Source: a virus. Taken from it: a stretch of DNA of 64,000 nt. Below the pieces are notes generated by a model that worked only from the letters and a program-made list of their open reading frames with translations, did not search any database and was not told the origin of the DNA. The stretch covers positions 1 to 64,000 of IMG/VR virus record IMGVR_UViG_3300028388_004019; one strand, written 5' to 3'. Below are positions 30,064 through 39,500 of the stretch, in pieces (within the stretch, counting starts at the first letter, position 1; each line of letters begins with the position of its first letter). Position numbers and translations under genes: made by a program.

Positions 30064-30106
30064 AATAGAAAGATAAGATGGACCTTAATAAAAGAAATAT
30101 TAAATA

Positions 30107-31126
30107 TTATTGTGTTTTGTAGTCGTGACCTAACAACGATTTCATTCTATCAATGTCTTCGTTGATTTTCTTTTGTGACTTGTCCTCAGTGTTCTCAGCG
30201 ATTGCACTCATCACTTCATCAGGTGACATTGCAGCCGTATCACTTTTCTTTTTTCCTGAAAACTCTTCAACAGGTTGAACCGCTTTATTATAAGATTGTT
30301 TCTTCAACTTAGCCAACCAATTTTTCTTACGTCTGTCGTTAACCTTTTCGTTAGCGTCCGTCTTAACAGCATTTGCATATTCTGAAGAGTTACCTGTCTT
30401 AGAATCACCTAAGATGTTCATTTCAATCCAATCCTCGTCAGGTTTTATCGCATCATAGTCTAAGTTTTCCATACCTCCTGAACGAGCAATTTGGTCAATG
30501 TACTCTTCAACCGCGTCAGAAGCATGATACTTCATACTTAAATCTTCACCCATCTCACCATTTCCTTTAGGGAAACCTTCAGGGTTTTCTTCATAACCTT
30601 CGTTAGAACCCGCTTTAACGTAATCTTTCATTTTCTTGTTAACTTCTTTCATTGCTTCGTCGTTAACCTTCTTTGAATCTTTCAACGTTTTCTCAGTATC
30701 TTTAAGACCTTTAGCTTCTTTTTGTTCCATAACCAATCTTTGGATAAGTTCAATCATTTCTGATTCAGATAAAGTAACAACGTTCTTCTTGGATTCTTTA
30801 ATCTCGTCTTCCTCACCTTTAACTGGATATGTTTTACCATCAACTTCAAAAGAATCTTCACCTTTCTCAATTGCTTCGGCTCTTGCCGCACTGAAAGCAT
30901 TTCCTTCTTCCATTTCCTCTTCGTCCATTTCTTCTTCCATACGTTGTTTTTTGATGTCTGAATCAACACCTACAACTTCAGAATCACGACCGTCAAACTC
31001 ATCTCTTTCTTCTGGCATTTTACCCATGTCTTCTGAAACCGCGTCAACAGCTTCTTCAACTTTTTTTGACAATTCCTCGTTAAGGACTCTGTCAACAATG
31101 TTATTTATAGTTTCTTCAATATTCAT
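30107..31126 (-). CDS. Acidic hypothetical protein, probable head-associated
   Basis: 339 aa, Glu-rich, with LxE motifs and AFSAARAEAIEKGEDSFEVDGKTYPVK; TATTTAT upstream. Confidence 0.6.
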   Translation of the reverse strand: MNIEETINNIVDRVLNEELSKKVEEAVDAVSEDMGKMPEERDEFDGRDSEVVGVDSDIKKQRMEEEMDEEEMEEGNAFSAARAEAIEKGEDSFEVDGKTYPVKGEEDEIKESKKNVVTLSESEMIELIQRLVMEQKEAKGLKDTEKTLKDSKKVNDEAMKEVNKKMKDYVKAGSNEGYEENPEGFPKGNGEMGEDLSMKYHASDAVEEYIDQIARSGGMENLDYDAIKPDEDWIEMNILGDSKTGNSSEYANAVKTDANEKVNDRRKKNWLAKLKKQSYNKAVQPVEEFSGKKKSDTAAMSPDEVMSAIAENTEDKSQKKINEDIDRMKSLLGHDYKTQ

Positions 31127-31156
31127 AATATTTCTTTTTATAATAAATATACGTAA

Positions 31157-33337
31157 TTATCTAAATCTCGCATATGGATTTATTCTCATACCACCAAGGT
31201 GTAAACCCAAACTTTTCATCAACCTGTGGACATGTTCAAGACCACCTAAGATAGCGTATTCAATAGGGTCTCCTCTATATGAATCTTCATCTTCCGTTGG
31301 TAAGTATCGAGATATCAAATCATAGAACTCAACTGAAACCTCTTTACCTTTATATTTCAGGTCAGACAACTCCACCCATATTTCAGCGTACTTATTGTCA
31401 CTGAAATCGTAGTCACTACCAACACCGAAAAATCCACCAACCTTACCCTTAGGGCCAACATCGAGAATTTTCACCTTACCTGATAATCCATTATGATTAA
31501 ATTCAAACTCCTTATCTTTTAATTCTTTGATAAGGAACTTAGCTTTCTCATCAGGAATACTATCTAACCATTCTTTTTGGTGTTCTTCAGAACTCTTTGG
31601 TTTGTAGTCATCAGGAAACTCAATAGTCACTATTTCACCGTCCTCTTGTTCTTGGATATATCCTAATTCCTTCGCTATGATGTTTCTTACAACATATTCT
31701 TCAACGTTCGCTTTTTCAGCGGTATTGGAAACAATTTCCTTGACAACCTCTCTCTCGAAAAACTCTAATGCGTTGATATCCCCCTGATTACAATAAGGAA
31801 ACTTCTTACATTTAGATTTTATCTTAACAAACTTAGCACCAGGTCCACCGTATTTCGGAAAGTTTTTATCTTTTACTGACCTTAACTCATTCTCCACAGT
31901 GTCAGGATTAGATAACTTTAATGGGTCTTTCTTAGGTCCTCCAAATGGTGCGTCATAAACACCAGCAGATGCCGATGTTGTTGCTTCAGTAGCTTCACCA
32001 CCACTCTCCATACCTTCTAACTTAGTATAATACTCAGGGTCTTCATATAAGTGGTCCAATGCAATCTCAACAGCAACCATCATCTCTGATGTGTGTTCCA
32101 TTTCATGTTGAATACCTTTTGTGAACTCATCATAGATTTCATCAACAGTGATATCATGCATCTTAGCGATGTCTTCGATATCCATACCGTCGGCTTTACC
32201 ACCTTTGATTCTTTCTTCATCGATTCTAACACCACGAACATACTTAACACCACTAGCCCTTGTATCACCCAATTTTCTTTCTAATTGGTCAATAATCATT
32301 TCAATGTGTTTGAGAGCAGAAGGTCCTTGAGCGGCTTTCATTAGTTTTCTAATCAATTCTTGCTTTTCAAAATCTCTTAATCTCGCCTCGTTAAGTTGAC
32401 CATTAAACTTTTTATGATTCATCTTAGTGATGTCATACTTTGTTTGGTCTAACTCATCATATACAATCTCCTCAAAGTATTTTTCAAACATTGGGTCGAA
32501 TAACTTTTCCAATTGTTCAGGTTTTCTGTGCCAACCTTTCATATACAAAGCTCTTTTGTCACCCACTCTTTGAATCTTTAGGTCTTCCATATTTTTCTTA
32601 TAGAACCAATACGGCATTCTGATAAACTTAAACCCGTCCTTACCTGGTACATCATCTAATATCTCAATTTGAGAAATTGGTAACATCGCCTTATGTAAAG
32701 ACATTGAATAAGGTTTGTGACCGCTAATAAAAAATGCGTCATTATCAGGGTATTGTCTGATGTTATAAACTTCCAATTGTTTTGGTGTTTCTTCACCAAC
32801 CAAATAGGAACCAACATACGATTTAGTATCCGCTTCGTACTCACCCTTCATGAAGTCATAATCATTCGTATCAACCTCTTCCTGACCATCTTCATCTGAA
32901 GCATCTTCCTGCTCGTTAACAAACCCACCCTCAGGTTTTGTTGTTAACTTAGACTCCGTCCCTGGTTGGAACATTGTGTTTTTCTTTGGCTCAGTAAACA
33001 ATGGTGCTTCGAAACCACCAGCACTACCAGCACCTGTAGCTTCAGTTGTCTCACCACCTTCACCTTCTTCATCCTGAACAATCTTCATTAAGATTTGATT
33101 CAATACATCCACCGTTAACCCTTCAGTTTCACCCTTTGGATTATCCTTACTCTTTAGGAATGGTGAATAACCTGTTTCTTCCTCAACTTCTTCCTCAGCC
33201 ATATTCTTGGCTTTATTCAAACTTATGAAGTTGTCAGTGACAGCATCATTACCACCCAGTGATGACAAATTCTTTGAGAATGCTTTTTGCAAACTCGTTT
33301 TAATCATATCTTTAAGTTCTTGTTCGTTCAATTTCAT
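31157..33337 (-). CDS. Large multi-module hypothetical protein containing a DUF5661-like segment
   Basis: Probable start MKLNEQ at 33337 (TAATG overlap). Contains GGKADGMDIEDIAKMH...GIQHEMEHT...EIALDHLYEDPEYYTKL. Confidence 0.7.
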   Translation of the reverse strand: MKLNEQELKDMIKTSLQKAFSKNLSSLGGNDAVTDNFISLNKAKNMAEEEVEEETGYSPFLKSKDNPKGETEGLTVDVLNQILMKIVQDEEGEGGETTEATGAGSAGGFEAPLFTEPKKNTMFQPGTESKLTTKPEGGFVNEQEDASDEDGQEEVDTNDYDFMKGEYEADTKSYVGSYLVGEETPKQLEVYNIRQYPDNDAFFISGHKPYSMSLHKAMLPISQIEILDDVPGKDGFKFIRMPYWFYKKNMEDLKIQRVGDKRALYMKGWHRKPEQLEKLFDPMFEKYFEEIVYDELDQTKYDITKMNHKKFNGQLNEARLRDFEKQELIRKLMKAAQGPSALKHIEMIIDQLERKLGDTRASGVKYVRGVRIDEERIKGGKADGMDIEDIAKMHDITVDEIYDEFTKGIQHEMEHTSEMMVAVEIALDHLYEDPEYYTKLEGMESGGEATEATTSASAGVYDAPFGGPKKDPLKLSNPDTVENELRSVKDKNFPKYGGPGAKFVKIKSKCKKFPYCNQGDINALEFFEREVVKEIVSNTAEKANVEEYVVRNIIAKELGYIQEQEDGEIVTIEFPDDYKPKSSEEHQKEWLDSIPDEKAKFLIKELKDKEFEFNHNGLSGKVKILDVGPKGKVGGFFGVGSDYDFSDNKYAEIWVELSDLKYKGKEVSVEFYDLISRYLPTEDEDSYRGDPIEYAILGGLEHVHRLMKSLGLHLGGMRINPYARFR

Positions 33338-33585
33338 TACTTCACCGATTTTAAGGTAGGCTCCCAAAAACTTCTACGAGTCCACATAATCTTATAGAAC
33401 TCTCTCATGATTTTTACAACGATATCATTGATATCACCAGAAAGCTTACCTCTTTGAAGTTCTTTCTGAATGGTCTTAATCATTTTGTCCTCAAATTGTT
33501 TTAATGTGTTAGAATCCAAGAAATCTTTGATTTCCTTTCTAACCATCACTTCAATCTCTTTCTTATCTGTATTTGATAATGCCAT
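33337..33585 (-). CDS. Hypothetical protein
   Basis: Probable start MALSNTDKKEIE at 33585; coupled on both sides. Confidence 0.7.
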   Translation of the reverse strand: MALSNTDKKEIEVMVRKEIKDFLDSNTLKQFEDKMIKTIQKELQRGKLSGDINDIVVKIMREFYKIMWTRRSFWEPTLKSVK

Positions 33586-34163
33586 TACTTCCCAATTTTC
33601 CAATACATACGTCCCGATATTGTCGGTTGTAAATCTTGGTTTACACCTACACCCACTCCGAACATATTTCTTTGTTTATTCTTAAACATGAATTCACCAC
33701 CCACATAATCCAATTGTGATGTACCACCGTTAACACCTATACCCCAATAGAACTCTCTCTTATTAAGGTAAATCTCTTTGGTGATGGTTGTCGTTGGAAT
33801 ACTGATGTCTGAAGTGAAACTTCTACTCAATACACTGTTCTTTGAGATGGTATCATTCAAAACCAAATATCCTAACGTATCTAAAGTTAGGGTATCAGTG
33901 TAATGGTATTTAGCATAATAGTCTTTTAATATTGACATCGTATCAATGTCCTGTGGTATTGTATCATGTTCTGTAACCACCCTTGTCCTCCATTTGGGAA
34001 CGTATTCTGTTTGTGTTACATTTACTGTATCCCACTTGGTTTCAATAGTTACAATAACCTCAGGTTCCACGGGGTCCTTTCTACTACATTGACTTTGATA
34101 TAGTAATACCAAAGCCAAAGCAATAATCAAAACATTCTGTATGGAACCGATATACTTTTTCAT
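33585..34163 (-). CDS. Membrane-anchored protein in the lysis-like cluster (possible spanin-like)
   Basis: N-terminal TM helix (VLIIALALVLLY), a region with six D-T-hydrophobic motifs and a beta-rich C-terminus. The function is inferred from proximity to the amidase. Confidence 0.5.
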   Translation of the reverse strand: MKKYIGSIQNVLIIALALVLLYQSQCSRKDPVEPEVIVTIETKWDTVNVTQTEYVPKWRTRVVTEHDTIPQDIDTMSILKDYYAKYHYTDTLTLDTLGYLVLNDTISKNSVLSRSFTSDISIPTTTITKEIYLNKREFYWGIGVNGGTSQLDYVGGEFMFKNKQRNMFGVGVGVNQDLQPTISGRMYWKIGK

Positions 34164-34762
34164 TATTCAGAATCTACGTTTCTAGTCTTCTTTCTAGATG
34201 CCAAGACCTTAGCCCATTTAGACTTAAATTGTTCGTAGTAAGATGTTAATTTATTGATTAACTCAACCAATGACTCGTCCAACTTAATCATATCACCATT
34301 AACGTATACACCATTGTTTTCACCGATAGAATAGAAGAACTCCAAATCAAAGTCGATAACCTTACCACTCCACTCAACATTGTTAGGATAGATGTGCAAC
34401 GTACCGAAGTCTGATAAGTCAGATACTTGTTCAACAAAGTCATCCATTGTTTCTTGGAACGCCATTTTCTCTTCCGAACTAAGTTCCAATTCTTGTTTGT
34501 CTTTACCGTGTAAGGTTACAATACCACCTGATACTCTATAAGATTGACTCTTATCCTCATCAGGTGTAGTCTCGATGTCAATTTCTTCTTCACTGTCAAC
34601 ATCAACGTTCACCGGCTCGTCAGTCAAGTCTGTAACTACCTCTTCTTGTTCATTGATAAGACCCGCTTTGATTAGAGACTTTCTTGACTCATTCAAATCA
34701 CTCTTACCTAACATTTCTCTTGATGCTTTCAAGAGATTTTTCATTTCATCATACTGATTCAT
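34163..34762 (-). CDS. Hypothetical acidic protein
   Basis: 199-aa ORF with LNES/INEQ motifs. Confidence 0.65.
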   Translation of the reverse strand: MNQYDEMKNLLKASREMLGKSDLNESRKSLIKAGLINEQEEVVTDLTDEPVNVDVDSEEEIDIETTPDEDKSQSYRVSGGIVTLHGKDKQELELSSEEKMAFQETMDDFVEQVSDLSDFGTLHIYPNNVEWSGKVIDFDLEFFYSIGENNGVYVNGDMIKLDESLVELINKLTSYYEQFKSKWAKVLASRKKTRNVDSE

Positions 34763-35351
34763 TTTCTAATACTTTTAATAACTCTTCATAGTCAAAAGCC
34801 GGACTCAAATCTGTTACATTTTGAGAATAGTTACTTCTTGTAACAATACCCTCATAGAACTCGACATTGTCGACCTTTACATTATGACCTATACAGGTCT
34901 TCGGAATCTCGAACCTATCACATAAATCAACCACCAATTTCTGTAGTGATTCCATCTGAGAGTCAGTGTATGGGTCCCAAAAAAAGTGACTTCTCCACTT
35001 GCGTTCGTATACTCCTTCACTATAAATATTACCAATCCAGTTAATGTAAGAAGCATTAAGGGGGTTTTTCTTCAACCACCCAAGATTCTCCAAAGTGATA
35101 ACAATGGTTTGCTTTTGATTATTGTAATCTTTTAGGTAGTCGGAATAAGTCTCAGGGTCGAGCAATTGAAAGACCCTCCCATCTTTTCTTATAAGATAGT
35201 GAGGGACTTTCTTGTATTCTCCGTTGTGCCTTGTTTTAAGTGATGTTACGTATTCACCACCTTCTCTTGATGTATGACTTAATAGTATTTGTTTTTTGTT
35301 TTTCCAACGTCCAACACTATTAAATCCTGTCAATTCTTGTATTTCTTGCAT
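34749..35351 (-). CDS. N-acetylmuramoyl-L-alanine amidase (Amidase_2 type), probable endolysin
   Basis: ILLSHT, PHYLIRKDGRVFQL, ITLENLG, YTDSQMESL..L...L, IGH and TDLSPAFD match the Amidase_2 layout. Confidence 0.8.
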   Translation of the reverse strand: MQEIQELTGFNSVGRWKNKKQILLSHTSREGGEYVTSLKTRHNGEYKKVPHYLIRKDGRVFQLLDPETYSDYLKDYNNQKQTIVITLENLGWLKKNPLNASYINWIGNIYSEGVYERKWRSHFFWDPYTDSQMESLQKLVVDLCDRFEIPKTCIGHNVKVDNVEFYEGIVTRSNYSQNVTDLSPAFDYEELLKVLENESV

Positions 35352-36501
35352 TACGTGGTTGATATCTCAAAGTCTTTATCTGAGGTTTTGGAGTTTCCTC
35401 TTTAGGAGTTTCCTCAGGTGTTTCTTCAATACTAACCTCTTTTTTAGAATTTTCAATCTTATCTAACTGTTCTTTGAGTTTTTCAATGTCTTCATCAGTA
35501 GGATTGATTGGTTGTGGTTCCTTTTCATTATCCACCACAAATATCTCACCATCCAAGATTTCATCCAATACTTCTTCAGGTAAATCGTCAGACCAATTTT
35601 CGCTCTTAGTCTCTTGTAAGTCTAATAAGTCCGAAAACTCATTGTCCACATCAACAGGTTCTTTGACCTTTGGTTGTGGTTCCTCTTTACCTTTCTTACG
35701 TAAACGATTGAAAGCGAAGTTCGCAGCAATAACCAAAGATATCGCCAATGGGTCAAAAACAAAAATAATAACCAACATAAGAATGTTTACCACCTTACTC
35801 ATTGGTGTATTTGTCAACTCACTTATGTATTTCAATGGTCCCAACTCCGCAGCCACCTCTGAATTTGATTGAACATCCAATCGTTTAATTTCTAACGAAG
35901 TAATAGAATCTGTAACAACCTCCAATTTCTGAGATATCTCATTTCTACTTTCAACAGCTTCGTCCAATTCTTTTTGTAACGCTCGTCTCGTTGATGATGA
36001 TGTGGTCGTTATAATCTGACCCGTTTCTTTATCTTTATATTGTATTACGTTGTTTGCCAAACCCGCTCTTAGGCCTGAAATACTTTGGTCCAATGCCTCT
36101 TTTTCGGATAGGTAGTATGTACGGTTTTCTTCAAAACGTCCTTTCTTTAGGTCAATCAACTCAACTTCCTTATCTACAATACCAGCAGATGCCGCAGTCT
36201 CTTGATACGCAGCAGATAAGAACCCATAGATACCCGCAGAGGTGATTAACACCAATACAAACGCAGCAACAGTTAAGTAGGTTCTTAAAAATTTGTTAAG
36301 TTCACTCCAGTATTGATATAATAGGGATGCAATGACCAATTTGGCAATCTCCAATGAAGACGCCATAATTAAAACCTGAAACGAGGCTCCCGCGAATAAC
36401 TTCGAAAGCCCCGTTACAGAGTAGAATGCCGCTGACAAACTCACAGATAGAGCTGACAACGCTATAATAAAGGGAAAAATCCTTTTTTGAATCTCTTTCA
36501 T
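35320..36501 (-). CDS. Multi-pass membrane protein with coiled coil
   Basis: Three N-terminal TM segments (SAAFYSVTGL...SLEIAKLV...LITSAGIYGFLS), a coiled coil, ELGPLKYI and a TM segment VIIFVFDPLAISLVIAA. Confidence 0.75.
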   Translation of the reverse strand: MKEIQKRIFPFIIALSALSVSLSAAFYSVTGLSKLFAGASFQVLIMASSLEIAKLVIASLLYQYWSELNKFLRTYLTVAAFVLVLITSAGIYGFLSAAYQETAASAGIVDKEVELIDLKKGRFEENRTYYLSEKEALDQSISGLRAGLANNVIQYKDKETGQIITTTSSSTRRALQKELDEAVESRNEISQKLEVVTDSITSLEIKRLDVQSNSEVAAELGPLKYISELTNTPMSKVVNILMLVIIFVFDPLAISLVIAANFAFNRLRKKGKEEPQPKVKEPVDVDNEFSDLLDLQETKSENWSDDLPEEVLDEILDGEIFVVDNEKEPQPINPTDEDIEKLKEQLDKIENSKKEVSIEETPEETPKEETPKPQIKTLRYQPRNARNTRIDRI

Positions 36502-36544
36502 AATAAACTATTTAGGCAAAACTACCTTACAATAAATAGTTCAT

Positions 36545-37300
36545 TTATAGATAATCAAACAATTCTGAGGATTCGTTACGTAGTTTACGGAGTGCCTTCT
36601 CCTTAATTTGACGGACACGCTCCTTAGTCAAACTGAAGTCGGTACCAATATCTTCCAATGTTCTTGGAACACCAGTCATCCCGAAATAGTCCATAATGAT
36701 TGACTTCTCACGGTCGTCCAACACATCCATAATCTCAACCATCTTCGCCTTCAATAAATCCGCAGTATTGAAACCTTCATCAGGTTGAACAGCATTTTTA
36801 TTCTCAATCAAATCAACCAACGTATCACCTTCCTCATTGATGTTCATATCCAAATCAATTACTTTAGGTAAAGTGGTGAACTTCTCGTCCAACTCCTTGT
36901 TGGTCTTCTGAGCCTCTTTTTTCGCTCGATGCATCTCCTGAACAACGTTTACTGGTAGACGAATGGTACGAGAGTTTTCATTCAAACTTTGGATAATAGA
37001 TTGTTTAATCCACTTCGTCCAATCAAAGTTCTTAATTGCTTTCATCAATCCCAAATTACCCTCAGCAATCAAGTCACCCAACGGTAACCCTTGATTCTGA
37101 TATTGTTTGGCAACGGTGATAACGAAACGTAGGTTTCCTTGCAACAACTCCTGATGGATAGCATCACGCTGAGCATCAGAAACATTGTCAGAACAAATCA
37201 TCTCTGATAGTTCCTTCTCACGTTCAGGGGTCATTACCTTAATCTTTCTAATGTCTGATAGATACATTTGTATCTCCTCTTGGTTCAATGGTGAACTCAT
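36545..37300 (-). CDS. Phage sigma70-family RNA polymerase sigma factor with an apparent 10-aa deletion in region 2.3
   Basis: Region 1.2 YLSDIRK, region 2.1-2.2 GNLRFVITVAKQY...DLIAEGNLGLMKA, region 2.4 WIKQSI...RTIRLPVN, region 4 RTLEDIG...LTKERVRQIKEKALRKLR. The start could also be at 37340 or 37363. Confidence 0.9.
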   Translation of the reverse strand: MSSPLNQEEIQMYLSDIRKIKVMTPEREKELSEMICSDNVSDAQRDAIHQELLQGNLRFVITVAKQYQNQGLPLGDLIAEGNLGLMKAIKNFDWTKWIKQSIIQSLNENSRTIRLPVNVVQEMHRAKKEAQKTNKELDEKFTTLPKVIDLDMNINEEGDTLVDLIENKNAVQPDEGFNTADLLKAKMVEIMDVLDDREKSIIMDYFGMTGVPRTLEDIGTDFSLTKERVRQIKEKALRKLRNESSELFDYL

Positions 37301-37319
37301 AAAATTTTCTTCTTTATTG

Positions 37320-37898
37320 TTATTTGTATTCATTTGCATATCGGTCAAGTAGTTTACGCTCATCCAAAGTTAAGGAATCTGGTCCATTCTCCACCAACTT
37401 ATCTAAGATATCATCCATGGAAGGTAGAGTATTGTCGACCAACATAGGGTCAACATCTTCATCTTCCTCCATATCAAAGGTGAAATCTAATTCTTTGGTG
37501 AAGTAATCAATGATTCGGTCCAACTCCTCGTCGTCCTGTTTCACCTCCATCTCAGGAACGTTCAACATAAGGTTAACATTTTCGTTATCCTCTTCTAAAT
37601 CAAAAAGATTGTCCGCTAACTCTTTGGGTAATTTTGCGGATGTCTTCTCTGACATCGGCATTAGGAAATATTCATACTTATCCTCTTTCAAAGATTCATA
37701 GATGAATTTTTTGAATTCATCAAAGGGGATGTCTGTATTAATCTTTATAATCATATGGTATGACCCATAAATGTATTTAATAGTTTCATCGGTGCTGGCA
37801 AGGATTACCGACTTTCCGACCTGATTTACCTTATAATCACTCGTGAAGTCTCCAAACACGAATAATAAGTATGTTTCATTACTGTTTTCTATTGACAT
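37320..37898 (-). CDS. Hypothetical protein
   Basis: Probable start MSIENSNE. The C-terminal LPSMDDILDKLVENGPDSLTLDERKLLDRY is a DUF6576-like short helical motif. Confidence 0.65.
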   Translation of the reverse strand: MSIENSNETYLLFVFGDFTSDYKVNQVGKSVILASTDETIKYIYGSYHMIIKINTDIPFDEFKKFIYESLKEDKYEYFLMPMSEKTSAKLPKELADNLFDLEEDNENVNLMLNVPEMEVKQDDEELDRIIDYFTKELDFTFDMEEDEDVDPMLVDNTLPSMDDILDKLVENGPDSLTLDERKLLDRYANEYK

Positions 37899-37913
37899 AT
37901 CGTTTATTTTTTC

Positions 37914-37945
37914 CAAAGGTAAGTATATTTATCTAATAAACCAAA
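37914..37945 (-). promoter_or_regulatory. Bacteroidota-type sigma-A promoter
   Basis: Minus strand TTTG-N20-TACCTTTG, an exact consensus match. Confidence 0.8.
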
Positions 37946-37949
37946 GAGT

Positions 37950-38579
37950 ATGAAAAAGATTTCTTTAACAGAATCTCAGTTAACAGATTTAATCCAAAAG
38001 GTAGTAAAACAAAAATTGGGCCAAATCAATGAGGATTCTGCAGATATAAATCAGGATGGTATTATTTCTCCTGAAGAGCTTTACCAACACTTCGACCTTG
38101 ATGGTGACGGTGTGGTAACAATGGCTGATTACGCAGCTCACGTGGACTTCCACTGTGAAAACCCTGAACTACTTCAACCGTCAAGAGAATCTGACGAATA
38201 CGTCATGAAGATGGACCAAGACCGTGAACCATTCATGGCATTCTTTAATGTTGATGATATGGCTCCAATGATGGAACAAGAGGAAGAAGATATGGACGAA
38301 AAACCAGGAAAATATCCTGTTGAAGACCCAATGTTTGACCTTGACGATTCTGACGTTGCAGACATCATGTCAGCAGATGGTCCAATGAGAAGATTCAGAG
38401 GTTCTATCTACGTTGATGGAATGATTCCTGAAACTGACGATGTTGAGTACGATAGAAAACTCGCAATCAAAGTATTAGAAAACTACGCTAAGAAACTTCC
38501 AACGGCTGAAGTTTATGTCGGAGGTGCTGGATTCAAACAAAGAAGTTTAATCGAACCTTACGACAACATGGACTTCTAA
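37950..38579 (+). CDS. EF-hand-containing acidic protein
   Basis: Paired 12-residue loops DINQDGIISPEE and DLDGDGVVTMAD; N-terminal MKKISLTESQLTDLIQKVV. Confidence 0.75.
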   Translation: MKKISLTESQLTDLIQKVVKQKLGQINEDSADINQDGIISPEELYQHFDLDGDGVVTMADYAAHVDFHCENPELLQPSRESDEYVMKMDQDREPFMAFFNVDDMAPMMEQEEEDMDEKPGKYPVEDPMFDLDDSDVADIMSADGPMRRFRGSIYVDGMIPETDDVEYDRKLAIKVLENYAKKLPTAEVYVGGAGFKQRSLIEPYDNMDF

Positions 38580-38600
38580 CCAAACCACCATATATAAATA

Positions 38601-38630
38601 AGAAACCCACCATTACGGTGGGTTTTTTTA
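38601..38630. terminator. Bidirectional terminator
   Basis: AAACCCACC-ATTAC-GGTGGGTTT-TTTT between convergent genes. Confidence 0.85.
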
Positions 38631-39167
38631 TACCCTCTTTGAATATCCAACGACCTGGTAGAAATCCTTCTTATCGTCACAGTAATCCTTTACCAACTCC
38701 AACAACGTTCTGAACATAAACGCTCCTGTGGTCTGTTTCTCACAACGAATGAATAACTCAATAAATGCCGTCAACGTATCCATAGGGTAGTATCCATGTC
38801 CATTGAGTTCATCATATACTCCATCCAACTGAGAATACAAACTAAGTTCGTAACCGTCCCTCTCCTCAACAGTTTGGAAGGGGTCCAACTGGTCATACTG
38901 TTCCAACATGTTGTAAACAAAACCACGAACCAATCCTTTGTTGTATTCTGACTTCACCAACAAATCTACAATCCAGTGAGTGTGACTCGGTGTTCTCAAT
39001 CGTTTACCGTCCTCACGGTATTTGACGATGAAATCTAAGTCAGGGTTCTCACCACGGAATCCCTGATAGATAGCAATTGCCGTTCCATCTTCCATAGTGT
39101 AGTGTTTGAGGGGTGGGTAATAGTTGTCCGTTCCTCGTTGTTTGTAGGTTAATTGTTCTACAGTCAT
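38628..39167 (-). CDS. Hypothetical protein
   Basis: 179-aa ORF (GFRGENPDLDFIVKY...RTPSHTHWIVDLL). Confidence 0.7.
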   Translation of the reverse strand: MTVEQLTYKQRGTDNYYPPLKHYTMEDGTAIAIYQGFRGENPDLDFIVKYREDGKRLRTPSHTHWIVDLLVKSEYNKGLVRGFVYNMLEQYDQLDPFQTVEERDGYELSLYSQLDGVYDELNGHGYYPMDTLTAFIELFIRCEKQTTGAFMFRTLLELVKDYCDDKKDFYQVVGYSKRV

Positions 39168-39171
39168 AGTA

Positions 39172-39429
39172 TTATCCTAAGTGGTTATTAAATTCTCTCA
39201 TCTCTTGCTCCTCGTATTTCTTGAATTGCTCTTCACGACGCAAGACTGTCATAAAGTCGAAAATGTATTTCTTAACCTCGTTGAGGTGATTGTTAACATC
39301 CATTCCACGGTCCAACATCTCTTGGGTGTCAGATAGATTGGATGCCACTCGCATCAATACATCAGTGGTTTTCAACATTTCAGCTGGTAGGTATTCTCCG
39401 TGCTTCTCACAAAATTCAACTTTGGTCAT
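39172..39429 (-). CDS. Hypothetical protein
   Basis: 85-aa ORF downstream of a promoter module. Confidence 0.65.
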   Translation of the reverse strand: MTKVEFCEKHGEYLPAEMLKTTDVLMRVASNLSDTQEMLDRGMDVNNHLNEVKKYIFDFMTVLRREEQFKKYEEQEMREFNNHLG

Positions 39430-39454
39430 ATCGTTATCGTTTTATTAGATTACG

Positions 39455-39488
39455 AATATACAACAAAAAAGGGACTCTCACAAGTCCC
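39455..39488. repeat. 34-bp direct repeat copy 1 (terminator plus promoter module)
   Basis: AATATACAACAAAAAAGGGACTCTCACAAGTCCC, identical to 40983-41016. Confidence 0.9.
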
Positions 39489-39500
39489 TTCTTAAAAAAG

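Noticed and set aside
30636-31325. 229-aa plus-strand Ser-rich ORF
   Set aside because: Antisense to the Glu-rich 30107-31126 gene; its composition is explained by the complementary codons.
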